DNA of 64,000 nucleotides from Thermodesulfobacteriota bacterium (GCA_965202785.1 OZ241855.1:1280001-1344000), one strand, 5' to 3'; numbered from the stretch's first letter, positions 49,180 to 59,550 are shown. Notes: generated by a model from the sequence alone, not told the origin. Program-made: numbers and translations.

Positions 49180-50319
49180 ATGATTGAATGGCTTGGTATT
49201 AGCCACCTTTTTGAGCTTTCCCAGAGGGAAGCGATTGCGGGGTTTTTCACCCCGCTGGTGATTTTTGCCGTGTTTTTCCTGGCGCAGATTATACTGCCTG
49301 GAAGATGGGTTCCTGGCTACGTCATCAATCCGGAGACCGGCGAGCCCCGCAAGTATAGGCTGAACGGTCTTTTGGTATTCGCGGTTGCGCTGATCGTGTG
49401 GGCTTTCGAGCTTACCGGCATGCCGCGTGAGTGGTTCTACCGGTCCTCGATCTATGCCGTGGTTGGCGGAACAGTTTTTACCACAATCTTTGCGATCATA
49501 GCGGTCTTCAGTCAGCCGCAAGGCAAGATAAAGAACCCGCTTCTGGCGCTTTGGGACGGGCGGGCGCAGGAGATGTCGTTCTTCAACGAGCGCTTCGATG
49601 TGAAGATGTATTTCTATGTTGTCGGCGGGACGATGCTGGCGCTCAACGCCTTGTCCGGAGCCGCATACAACTATGAACTCTTTGGCGAGAACTACAATCC
49701 GGGCGTTTTCCTGTATGCGGCATTCTACACATACTACATACTGGATTACTTTATCTTTGAGCGCGTCCAGCTATATACCTACGATCTGATCCATGAGGGC
49801 ATCGGCTTCAAAATGTTCTGGGGAGGCCTCGTGATCTACGGGTGGCTGTTTATCCTCCCGTTGTGGGGCATGGCTGCTTACCCGTCTCCCGGATTCTCGT
49901 CGGCGTGGACGTATGTCTGGCTAATCGGAACGCCTGTGCTGTTCCTGTTCGGGTGGGGCATCTCGCGCGGCGCTAACATGCAGAAATACACATTCAAGCG
50001 ATGGCCCGACCGCAAATTTCTCGGGATCATCGAGCCTGAGTACATCCAGGCCGGCGACCGCAAGATCCTGTGCAGTGGCTTCTGGGGTGCCGCTCGCCAC
50101 TTCAACTACCTGGGCGAAGGCTTCCTTGGTCTTTCAATTGCCCTGGCATTCGGCTACTTCACTAATCTCTGGGCGTGGACCTACTTTATCTTCGTCGTAA
50201 CGTTTTTTACCTTCCGTCAACGTTTTGACGATGCATACTGTGCCGAGAAATACGGCGCCGAAAAGTGGGCGGAGTATCAGGCACGGGTGAAATACCGGAT
50301 TTTTCCCGGCATTTATTGA
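49180..50319 (+). CDS. ERG4/ERG24-family sterol reductase (divergent)
   Basis: YRLNGL, YDLIHEGIGF, GANMQK, LCSGFWGAARHFNYLGE, DDAYCAEKYG, YRIFPGIY. Confidence 0.88.
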   Translation: MIEWLGISHLFELSQREAIAGFFTPLVIFAVFFLAQIILPGRWVPGYVINPETGEPRKYRLNGLLVFAVALIVWAFELTGMPREWFYRSSIYAVVGGTVFTTIFAIIAVFSQPQGKIKNPLLALWDGRAQEMSFFNERFDVKMYFYVVGGTMLALNALSGAAYNYELFGENYNPGVFLYAAFYTYYILDYFIFERVQLYTYDLIHEGIGFKMFWGGLVIYGWLFILPLWGMAAYPSPGFSSAWTYVWLIGTPVLFLFGWGISRGANMQKYTFKRWPDRKFLGIIEPEYIQAGDRKILCSGFWGAARHFNYLGEGFLGLSIALAFGYFTNLWAWTYFIFVVTFFTFRQRFDDAYCAEKYGAEKWAEYQARVKYRIFPGIY

Positions 50320-50403
50320 GGAGATTTCCTGCGAGTCCATACAGGGTGATTACGATCGCCGCCTGCCCGCATTGTGCTTGAGTTGTACAGATTACTCTAC
50401 GGG

Positions 50404-51405
50404 TCAACCCGGTTTGCGCGCCTTGTGGTAGTACATGGGCGTAACAATTCCCAGACGTCCTGCGGCCAGGAGGCTGTCGGCCACGACATTAATAATTTTC
50501 CGTGCCTCGGACGACCCCTTGGGTACGGCGCGCACGCCTTCCAGAACGGGCAGAACCGCCGCGGCGATTTTGCGGCCAAGGGCCGTTCTCGAGAAACTTC
50601 TCAGATTCAGGCTGCCCCCTTCCAGCGGTCCATACCACGGCGTCTTGGGGTCGGCGTCAAGAGCGCGGTCATGCGCCTCGACAAGTTCGAAACCGACTGC
50701 CCGCAGACTGTCGTCTACCTCCGTGAATGAAGCGATTTCCGGAAGAGCGGAGACGTATTCGTTTATTTCCTTGAGTTCCCGGTGCTTGGGGTTTCCGCCG
50801 TCGTAAAGCGGGGTCGTGCACACGTCGTAGCCGACGAAGACCGCACCGGGGCGCAATACGCGGAATATCTCGGCAAAGGCTGCGGTCTTATCCGGCGCAT
50901 GACACAAGGCCTCGATATGGTAGGCCGCGTCGAAACTTCCGTCTTCCGCCGGTATATTCAGGAAATCGCCGTGCAGGACGCTGCAGAGATCGTCCAGGCC
51001 AGCCTCGCTGTTATACGCAGAGCACTTCCCGAGCTGATATTTGTTGATGTTGAGGCCCACGATTGAAGCGCCGAACTTTCTTGCGAGGGAGCGCTGGGGT
51101 CCACCCACGCCGCACCCGACATCCAGCACCTTCATACCCGGTCTCAATCCAATGGCTTCGCCCAGAAAATACTCATGGTTGGCAATGGATTCCTCGAAAG
51201 ACACCCCCGGCTCCATCAGTGCGAAGTGAATCGACTGTCCCCATCCACGCTCGCAAAATTCGGTAATGAGATTATAAAACGCCGTTACCGTGTTGGCGTA
51301 CTCTTCCTTGCTCATCCCCTGGCTTCTGCGGTACTTCGATAGCCTTTCCACAATATCATCCCGCTGAACTGCATTTGAAGCTGAGTTATGGGAGTCATCT
51401 GCCAC
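50404..51405 (-). CDS. Sterol C-24 methyltransferase-like protein, diverged copy
   Basis: FCERGWGQSIHFA, LDVGCGVGGP, IEALCHAP, LRPG, GIVTPMY. Confidence 0.85.
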   Translation of the reverse strand: MADDSHNSASNAVQRDDIVERLSKYRRSQGMSKEEYANTVTAFYNLITEFCERGWGQSIHFALMEPGVSFEESIANHEYFLGEAIGLRPGMKVLDVGCGVGGPQRSLARKFGASIVGLNINKYQLGKCSAYNSEAGLDDLCSVLHGDFLNIPAEDGSFDAAYHIEALCHAPDKTAAFAEIFRVLRPGAVFVGYDVCTTPLYDGGNPKHRELKEINEYVSALPEIASFTEVDDSLRAVGFELVEAHDRALDADPKTPWYGPLEGGSLNLRSFSRTALGRKIAAAVLPVLEGVRAVPKGSSEARKIINVVADSLLAAGRLGIVTPMYYHKARKPG

Positions 51406-51636
51406 TTGCGTTTTCCTCTGTAGAATCTTCTATATGAAAGATTCCTTATCACTTTCTGATTTTTCTTCTAAGTTTTGGGAAACCATCTTATCCACTCTAC
51501 ATAAGGGGGTCAAAAACATTTTTTGGATCGCCAAGCCCGCTTCTTTCTGAACCTCAATAAAACCAGATTTGAATATAATTCCGGTTCAAGACTTGGAACG
51601 CGGGAATTTAGGTTACTATATTCCTAAGTAAAAGGC

Positions 51637-52998
51637 TTGCGCACTAGCATCATGTTATCTGAAAAGACCCAGCGCCGAATTCTCAAAAATCCGTTCACCG
51701 CACCCGGTGGGGGCGGCAAGAGCGTTCCGGCTTCACTTCTCCCAGCGATTTTAGCGGTGGTGCTGTGGGTGCTTGTTTCAGTGCTCCCGACCGTAGCGTA
51801 CCCGGCCGGCTTCACCGACGAGGTTGATATCTCCGGGCGCCTCTCGACTGAGGCTTGGCTGTATCCCCAGAGTGCCGAGTATCCTGACCAGCGTTCATAT
51901 GCTGGCGGGCTTGCACTTGAGACAACGTTCTATGTTGAGAGCGAGGAAGGCACAAGCATAACGGTGACTCCCTTTTTGCGGTACGATGCCGGGGACCCGG
52001 ACCGCACGTACGGTGATTTCCGTGAGGCCTATCTGCTTATGTACGGCGATATTGGCAACGGCGAATGGGAATTGCGTCTGGGCATCGATCGGGTCTTTTG
52101 GGGCGTCACGGAACTGCGTTCCCTGGTGGATATCATCAATCAGACCGATGTTATTGAACACCCGAACGAAAAGATAAAGATGGGTCAGCCAATGGCCCAT
52201 CTCACCTGGTCGGGTGACTGGGGAGCACTGGAATTTTTCGCGACGACATGGCACCGTGCGCGCACCTATCCGGGCCCGCGTGGTCGCCAGCGGTATGAGT
52301 TCATTGTGGACCAGGATATGGTTTCATACGAATCCGGCGCGAAAAAGTGGAATATTGATCTTGCCAGCAGGTACAGCGGCTTATTAGGGCCGCTCGAGAT
52401 TGGTCTCAGCGTGTTCAACGGTACGAACCGAGAGCCCACACTCTTGCCGATATTTCTCGACTCCAGATTGGTTCTGGCCCCACATTACGAGAAGATTCGC
52501 CAATTCGGTGTGGATGCCCAGCTTACAAGGGGGTCCCTGCTGCTCAAGCTGGAAGCAATCTACCGCGCTGGCGCGAGGAACAGCAGGTACATTCAACACC
52601 TCAATACTTTAGAGGAAGAGGACTACACGGCTTTTATCTTGGGTAGCGAGTACACGCTCTATTCCATATTGGGTTCGAACTCTGATCTGGTCCTGTTTGC
52701 CGAATGGGCTTACGACGGACGTGGCCGGTGGGCAACCAATGCATTCGAGAACGACCTGTTCATTGCCGCGCGTCTCGGGTTGAACGATCCGCATGGCACC
52801 GAATTTGTCATCAGCGTTTTAGGTTCCCTCAACAAGAGCAGTCGCGTCCTCGCAGGCGAGTTCAAACGTCGCCTTTCTTCGGACAACTGGCTTCTGCATA
52901 TTGAGACCTCAGCTTTTCTGGATATTGACGAAGACGACTTCATATACTACGTGCGGCGCGACAGCTACGTAAAGATCAATCTAGCCTACAGTTTCTGA
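51637..52998 (+). CDS. Putative outer-membrane beta-barrel protein associated with RND/LolA-like genes
   Basis: Signal-like segment, DFREAY, GIDRVFWG, LVDIINQTD, terminal LAYSF; start uncertain. Confidence 0.7.
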   Translation: MRTSIMLSEKTQRRILKNPFTAPGGGGKSVPASLLPAILAVVLWVLVSVLPTVAYPAGFTDEVDISGRLSTEAWLYPQSAEYPDQRSYAGGLALETTFYVESEEGTSITVTPFLRYDAGDPDRTYGDFREAYLLMYGDIGNGEWELRLGIDRVFWGVTELRSLVDIINQTDVIEHPNEKIKMGQPMAHLTWSGDWGALEFFATTWHRARTYPGPRGRQRYEFIVDQDMVSYESGAKKWNIDLASRYSGLLGPLEIGLSVFNGTNREPTLLPIFLDSRLVLAPHYEKIRQFGVDAQLTRGSLLLKLEAIYRAGARNSRYIQHLNTLEEEDYTAFILGSEYTLYSILGSNSDLVLFAEWAYDGRGRWATNAFENDLFIAARLGLNDPHGTEFVISVLGSLNKSSRVLAGEFKRRLSSDNWLLHIETSAFLDIDEDDFIYYVRRDSYVKINLAYSF

Positions 52999-53272
52999 AT
53001 CGAACCAGAACCTGAAAGCAACTCGACAGTGACTTTTTAGTACTTGCCTTGTCAGAGTTGCCGAGACGCGAAACGTGGGTCAATTGAGGCGGTGTCCGAA
53101 TACGGATTGAGGTTTTTCATGAGAGTGGCAGGAAATATGTTGTCATAGGGCGGAACGGTTCTGTCTATGTGTGGTCTGCTTTGTCAGGTAAATAATCACG
53201 TAAAGATGCGCAAGTGATACCGGCAATTTTATCCGGACTATCGGGCCAATGACTTGGCCGAGGGAAACACGA

Positions 53273-54274
53273 ATGGCGGCTAACTTCCATAACCCAATTT
53301 CGAAAGCAATTCGGCCGGAGGACACGGCGGAGACGCTGTCGAAGTACCGCAGAAGCCAGGGCCGGGGCAAGAAAGAGTACGCTCGCATGGTGACGGCGTT
53401 TTACGACCTCGTTACCGACTTTTATGAGTATGGATGGGGACAGTCGTTTCACTTCGCACCGATGAAGGTAGGGGAGTCTTTCGAGGAATCCATTGTCGGC
53501 CACGAGCATTTTCTCGGCGAAGCCATTGGATTGAGACCGGGTATGAAGGTGCTGGATGTCGGATGCGGCGTGGGAGGACCCCAGCGCTACCTCGCAAGAA
53601 AGTTCGGCGCTTCGATCGTGGGCCTAAACATCAGCGAATATCAGATCGGGAAGTGCTCTGCGTATAACAGCAAGGCTGGCCTGGACGATCTCTGCGGCGT
53701 CCTGCACGGCGATTTCCTGAATATACCGGCGGAAGACGGAAGCTTCGACGCGGCCTACCATATCGAGGCCATGCCTCATGCGCCCGATAAAGCCGCCGCC
53801 TATGCCGAGATATTCCGCGTATTGCGCCCCGGTGGGGTCTTCGCCGGCTACGACTGGTGCATGACCCCGCTTTACGACGGCGCAAACCCTGAGCATCGGG
53901 AACTCAAGAAAGGAATCGAATATGGCAACGCTCTTCCCGAAATCGCCTCATTCACGGAGGTAGACGACAGTCTGCGGGCAGTCGGTTTCGAACTTGTCGA
54001 GGCGCATGACCGCGCTCTTGACGCCGACCCCAAGACGCCGTGGTATCGACCGCTGGAAGGGGGCAGTCTGAAGCTGAGGAGTTTGCCGAGAACGGCCCTT
54101 GGCCGCAAAATTACCTCGGTAACCCTGAGCGTTCTGGAAAGCTTACGCGCCGTACCCAAGGGGTCGTCCGAGGTACGGAAAATTCTCAGTATCGCGGCCG
54201 ACAGTTGCGTGGCCGCAGGACGTCTTGGGATTTTTACGCCCATGTACTACCACAAGGCGCGCAAACCGGATTGA
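53273..54274 (+). CDS. Sterol C-24 methyltransferase (ERG6/SMT-like)
   Basis: FYDLVTDFYEYGWGQSFHFAP, LDVGCGVGGP, IEAMPHAP, YDWCMT, IEYGNALP, GIFTPMY; ATG 53273 gives 333 aa, same as its paralog. Confidence 0.92.
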   Translation: MAANFHNPISKAIRPEDTAETLSKYRRSQGRGKKEYARMVTAFYDLVTDFYEYGWGQSFHFAPMKVGESFEESIVGHEHFLGEAIGLRPGMKVLDVGCGVGGPQRYLARKFGASIVGLNISEYQIGKCSAYNSKAGLDDLCGVLHGDFLNIPAEDGSFDAAYHIEAMPHAPDKAAAYAEIFRVLRPGGVFAGYDWCMTPLYDGANPEHRELKKGIEYGNALPEIASFTEVDDSLRAVGFELVEAHDRALDADPKTPWYRPLEGGSLKLRSLPRTALGRKITSVTLSVLESLRAVPKGSSEVRKILSIAADSCVAAGRLGIFTPMYYHKARKPD

Positions 54275-54531
54275 CCCGTACGGTAATCGGGTCCAACGCA
54301 AGCACGATGCGGGCCTGCGGCGACTGTGTCGGTAAGCTGCCAGCCGCGGTCCAATTCGCTCGGTTGCGGTCCTACCTATTCTCCAACGTGTGCCGCTCGA
54401 TATGGAGCAGCACCAAGCCTATATGGAATCGATGTGGAATCGCACAATCAGGCCATTGCTTTATCATGCCCCCATACACCAGATTTGACTATATCTCCGG
54501 TTTTGTTTATATCCATTAACAGGAGGAACCA

Positions 54532-55353
54532 ATGATTCGGTCTTCGATCCCACGCATAATACTTACGGTCCTCGGAAGCTTTCTTGCAATTTGTTTCTGG
54601 CCGGCTGAGTCGTATTCTGATCTGCTGAGTGGTACCGCTGAGGAAGTGGGTCTCAAGGTTGCAACCGAAGCTCGTGAGAACCAGAAGGGTTTCGGCAATT
54701 TCACCGCAAACCTGACCATGACGCTACGTAACAAGCAGGGGAAGGAAACCCAGCGCTCACTCCGTCTCAAACTCATCGAAATCCCGGAGGACGGCGATCG
54801 AACTCTGTTTGTGTTTGACCACCCAAAGGATGTCAAAGGGACCGCTTTTCTCGTCCATGCCCATAAGGAGGGGCCAGACCAACAGTGGCTCTATCTTCCC
54901 GCACTGAAGCGGGTGAAAGGCATCAGCGCCTCGAAACAATCCGGCTCTTTCATGGGCAGCGAATTCTCCTATGAGGACATGGGAGCGGTCGAGGTCGGGA
55001 AATTTACTCACCGGTTCCTTCGTGAAGAGCCCTGCGGTGATCTCAAGTGCCTGGTTCTGGAGCGTATCCCGAAAAGTCAGGATTCCGGGTACTCACGCCA
55101 AGTGGTTTGGCTCGACCGGGAGGAACTTCGAACAATTCAGGTCCACTACTTCGACCGCAGGAATGAGCACCTCAAGACTATGGTCGTAGAGGGCTATGCA
55201 AAATACCTCGATCGGTTTTGGCGGAGCAGCACTATAACGATGACAAACCTGCTGACTGGCAAGAGTACCGTGCTGCTATGGTCAGACTACAAGTTTGGGA
55301 CTGACCTGGACACCAAGGACTTTACCCGAACAGCGCTAAAGCGAATACGGTAG
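54532..55353 (+). CDS. LolA-like outer-membrane lipoprotein-sorting family protein
   Basis: PKDVKGTAFL, DQQWLYLPALKRVK, SFMGSEFSYED. Confidence 0.9.
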   Translation: MIRSSIPRIILTVLGSFLAICFWPAESYSDLLSGTAEEVGLKVATEARENQKGFGNFTANLTMTLRNKQGKETQRSLRLKLIEIPEDGDRTLFVFDHPKDVKGTAFLVHAHKEGPDQQWLYLPALKRVKGISASKQSGSFMGSEFSYEDMGAVEVGKFTHRFLREEPCGDLKCLVLERIPKSQDSGYSRQVVWLDREELRTIQVHYFDRRNEHLKTMVVEGYAKYLDRFWRSSTITMTNLLTGKSTVLLWSDYKFGTDLDTKDFTRTALKRIR

Positions 55354-55583
55354 AGAGGTTTCTAGACTGCCTCGCCCGGTTCACCACCCGCCGGAGTGAC
55401 TGCAACTGAAATTGGGTGAGTATACTACGCAACGAACGGAGAGCTTCCGTAAGTTGGATTGATCAAGCCCATGAAAAACGGCGGAATACCGATGTCCTCG
55501 AACACTCCTACAACCCATGACCCAGAAAGTGGGGATGTGTCCCTTAGTCTTGAGCGCAAGCCAAATTCCCTGTTTTGGCAATA

Positions 55584-57956
55584 ATGAAATTGCTGAGTGA
55601 TATAGAGTCACGGTTGGGCAACTGGGTCATCAAGCTTCGGTGGCCGATCATCGTTGCTGCCATTGTCTTAACCGGGATTGCAACAAGCGGCACGTTGTTG
55701 CTTGAGTTCTCAACCGACCACCGCGTCTACTTTTCCGAAAACAATCCTCAGCTTCTGGCGTACCAGGAGATGGAGGACATGTACGGCAAGAGCGACAACG
55801 TCTTTTTTGCCATCGTGCCGGAGGACCGAGATGCCACATCGTCTCTCGCCCTTGAAGCTACGGAGTGGCTCACCGAAAAGGCTTGGCAGACCCCATTCGC
55901 AAGCCGTGTCGATTCCGTTACCAACTTTCAGCATACCAAAGCCGACGGCGATGAGGTATTGGTGCGTGAACTGGTGGACGAGAGTGCCTACAGCGATGCC
56001 GAAGAGCGGTCACGGATTCGCGAAATTGCCTTGGCGGAACCGGTTCTCGCGGGGCGCCTGCTGGCACGCGACGGCGGTGTTTCGGGAATCAACGTCACAT
56101 TGCAGTTGCCGGGCGAGGACCAAATGCGCGAAGGTGCAGAGGTTGCTGAACACTCACGCAAACTTGCGAATGAATTTCGAGAACGTTTCCCCGGCATTGA
56201 CGTACTGTTGTCTGGAATGGTGATTTTTAACCAGGCCTTTATGGAGGTGTCTCTGGACGATCTTAGGACGCTCATCCCGGTGAGTTTCTTGGCAATGGCG
56301 TTCATGCTGCTGCTTCTGACGCGGGGATTTTCAGGAACGTTCGCAATAATGCTCGTCGTGGTGATGTCGGTAATGACCGCCGTGGGTCTCGGGGGCTGGG
56401 CAGGACTTCCAATGACGTCGCCTTCGGCGGTCTCCCCGGTCGTCGTGCTGACAGTGGCTATTGCCAACTGCGTCCACATCTATTCCACCATTGTCAGCTA
56501 TATGCACGATGCAGCGTCCGGCACGTCTGAGGATCGCGGCAGCAGAACTAGGCAGGATGCGATTGTCGAGTCGATTCGGGTGAACCTTCAGCCGGTCTTC
56601 CTGTCGAGTCTGACTACCACGCTTGGCTTTTTGAGCTTGAACTTCTCCGATTCGCCCCCTTTTCGTCATTTGGGCATCTTCGTTGCATTTGGGGTCGGTG
56701 CGGCATTCGTGCTTTCCGTAACTTTTCTGCCGGCGTTGCTCTCGCTGCTGCCGGTTCGGGTACGCGCATCCCTGTCCCGAGAGAATTCTCTGATAGAAAT
56801 GTTCGGCAGGTTCGTTGTACGCCGAAGCCGCCAACTGCTCTGGGGCTCCGGGCTGATCGTGGTAGTGCTCGTGGCGTCAATTTTCCAGAACGAGCTAAAC
56901 GACGTTTTCCTCCACTATTTTGACGAGAGCGTCGAATTCCGAAAAGACTCTGAATTCATCGTGGATAACCTCACCGGTTTGTATGCCATGGAGTACTCGC
57001 TCCCATCGCGCTCCCCGGGTGGGATCAGCGACCCGGCGTATCTCTCAGATGTCGAAGCGTTTGCCGAGTGGTACAGGGGGCAGCCTGAAACGATACACGT
57101 AAACGTCATCACCGATACCTTCCGACGGCTAAACAAGAGCATGAACGGGGGCGATCCGGACTATTACCGGCTACCCACAGACCGGGAACTTGCCGCGCAG
57201 TATCTGCTTCTCTACGAAATCTCTCTACCCTATGGCCTTGATCTGAACAACCAGATCGCCGTCGACAAGTCAGCCACCCGGATGATAGTGAGAACGCGGA
57301 CGCTCTCTTCAAACGAAGTGATCGCACTTGATCAGCGCGCGCAGCAATGGCTCGCAGGCCACGGGCCGAATATTTCCGGTCCGGTGAGTGCCGGTACCAC
57401 GTTGATGTTTGCCAATCTCGGTCGGCGAAATATCATCTCCATGCTTGCTGGAACCACGCTCGCCCTCGTTGGAATTTCTTTCATCCTCATCTTCGCACTG
57501 CGATCATGGCGACTCGGAATAACGAGCATGGTCCCAAACCTGATTCCCGGGGCATTGGGCTTCGGTATATGGGGTTTGACAGTCGGAGAAGTGGGAGTAT
57601 CACTTTCGATGGTAACGGCCATGACATTGGGTATCGTGGTCGACGATACTGTCCACTTTCTCAGCAGGTACAAGCGGAACCGGCACGAACTCGGTTGCAC
57701 TTCTCCTGAAGCGGTACTGGTTTCCTTCCGAACCGTGGGTCAGGCACTGCTTACGACCTCGCTTGTGCTAGTGGCAGGCTTTGTTGTGGTGAGTTTTTCC
57801 AATTTCGAACTCAATTCAGCGATGGGCAAGCTCACAGCGCTTGTAATCACTTTGGCCCTGATGGCCGATTTCCTTCTCCTGCCGCCGCTTCTCATGAAGT
57901 TCGACGCGAATGCTGACGGCGCCTGCCTTCTTTCGGAAATGGTAACCAAGGCGTGA
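55584..57956 (+). CDS. MMPL/RND-family transporter (paralog of 31429-33759)
   Basis: LSSLTTTLGFLSLNF, YLLLYEISLPYGLDLNNQ, GIVVDDTVHF. Confidence 0.9.
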   Translation: MKLLSDIESRLGNWVIKLRWPIIVAAIVLTGIATSGTLLLEFSTDHRVYFSENNPQLLAYQEMEDMYGKSDNVFFAIVPEDRDATSSLALEATEWLTEKAWQTPFASRVDSVTNFQHTKADGDEVLVRELVDESAYSDAEERSRIREIALAEPVLAGRLLARDGGVSGINVTLQLPGEDQMREGAEVAEHSRKLANEFRERFPGIDVLLSGMVIFNQAFMEVSLDDLRTLIPVSFLAMAFMLLLLTRGFSGTFAIMLVVVMSVMTAVGLGGWAGLPMTSPSAVSPVVVLTVAIANCVHIYSTIVSYMHDAASGTSEDRGSRTRQDAIVESIRVNLQPVFLSSLTTTLGFLSLNFSDSPPFRHLGIFVAFGVGAAFVLSVTFLPALLSLLPVRVRASLSRENSLIEMFGRFVVRRSRQLLWGSGLIVVVLVASIFQNELNDVFLHYFDESVEFRKDSEFIVDNLTGLYAMEYSLPSRSPGGISDPAYLSDVEAFAEWYRGQPETIHVNVITDTFRRLNKSMNGGDPDYYRLPTDRELAAQYLLLYEISLPYGLDLNNQIAVDKSATRMIVRTRTLSSNEVIALDQRAQQWLAGHGPNISGPVSAGTTLMFANLGRRNIISMLAGTTLALVGISFILIFALRSWRLGITSMVPNLIPGALGFGIWGLTVGEVGVSLSMVTAMTLGIVVDDTVHFLSRYKRNRHELGCTSPEAVLVSFRTVGQALLTTSLVLVAGFVVVSFSNFELNSAMGKLTALVITLALMADFLLLPPLLMKFDANADGACLLSEMVTKA

Positions 57957-58072
57957 AGGGTAATTCACCGAAAAATCATCCAAGGGCTAGCTTCATCCTG
58001 ATTGTCATAAAATTTAAGTTGATTGTCGCTGTATAATAACCTGTGAGAAAATCAGCCCATATGCCCTGCAAT

Positions 58073-59241
58073 TTATTGAGTTATTACCTTGGTGGCAAAA
58101 AAGCTCCCGACAAATGCGCTTCGGCTCCCATCTGGCTGAGTAAATTGCACCCCTAAGGTCCCCGCGGCAAGACGGTCTGAAAACTTGCCGCCCCAGTTGC
58201 CTTGATTGTCAAGAGTTTCAAAGTTGATTCCAAGCCTCTCATCGCCTATGACGACTACCAAGTTTGTGCCTTGAAACATTCCTTGCTGAATCCGGACAGG
58301 GGAGAACTTGACAGAGGCAAGGCTTAGATTGGTATAAAGTTCGCTTCGGTTTCCATTAGTATCTATCGTGGCCCCGGTAGTTTCCTGGTTCTCAACGCAC
58401 CCGAGGCATCCTTCTATAGTCCTATTTGTAAAATCAACCTTGAGTGCAACTATGCCGGAGAACTCCCCCGTCTCTTTAAGCCCATCTACAAGGCGGGGAT
58501 CCAGAGGCTCCCACGACGGCCCATAAAAAGACGTGTACATACCCGATGCGTAACCTCGGTAGATGACTATGCCGGTTGTCGGCAAATGGGGGGGGGGGTA
58601 TCAGCAAGCTCAGGACCGTGGACGAAAGTTCCAATTTCCGCATTCGTAACTGGTCCCGCGGCAAGGTCTCCATCGAGGCGCATCCAGTAACCGCTTGTAA
58701 AGAAATCTCTCACGTCTTCGTTATGCCAGCTGGCCGTAATATTGCCAATCCAAGTGTGAGATTCCGTAGAATCAAATAACGACCACCTGGTTAAATGGTG
58801 GCGGCGAATCGGCGGAATGGGCAATGGACGTTTGATCAGTGGATCTTTCACTGATTGTTCAGTGGAGTCAAAAACCAGTTGCTTGCCATCTTCGGTGGCA
58901 ACTGTGAGTTTGACGCTGGGATTCCTGACCTCCAAGCGGGTGAAAGGTGTGGAAACATCTAGGACTCCGGCGTCAGAAGATTTAAAGATGCTGGTACCGG
59001 TAAAGCTTGGCTCAGCGGCTACAACTCGTGTAACTGCCATTTCCACAACTTCGTGATGCGCGGTCCGGGCATCATTGAGCGGAGAGAAAGCTGTCTTAAC
59101 TGGATCATTCGGAACGATGTTGCTTATAGTGTTTTTCTCTATTATCTGGCAAGCAGCAACCATAAAAATAACTGTGAGAATGCAGGAAAAGCGCGTAATC
59201 ATTTTCACTATACCTCTAACTGAAATAGATATTGCCATCAC
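58073..59241 (-). pseudogene. Lipoprotein gene split by a frameshift in a C11 tract (contingency locus or sequencing error)
   Basis: Lipobox VAAC; ORFs 58567-59241 and 58073-58585 join in frame if the 11-C run (58588-58598) is 9 or 12 long. Confidence 0.7.
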
Positions 59242-59550
59242 CGACCCCCGGTCTGTTGATGTGCTCCTTTAACTATATAACAAAATAGGACCAAATGGTA
59301 GGTCTTTACAATGAGAGGCATTTGCGTTGTAACGGGATCCCATTTATCTGATTACCTAGTCGTGTTTTTGCATCTTTTTCCTGTCGTCCTCTGGATGGTC
59401 CAGCCGAAAAAAGGATAAGCGATTCTCTTCCCTTACAGATGGTCCTCACAATAGTGCAGGACAATGAAATGAATCAGGTGTTTTTGCCTTTTAAAGAGGG
59501 GTGAATTAAAATTTCTATATACCCAAATACTAAAAAGGGAATCGTACACC

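Noticed and set aside
30222-57956. Eukaryotic contamination as the source of the sterol genes
   Set aside because: No introns; Shine-Dalgarno sites and sigma70-type promoters are present; the genes are interleaved with bacterial envelope and signalling genes.
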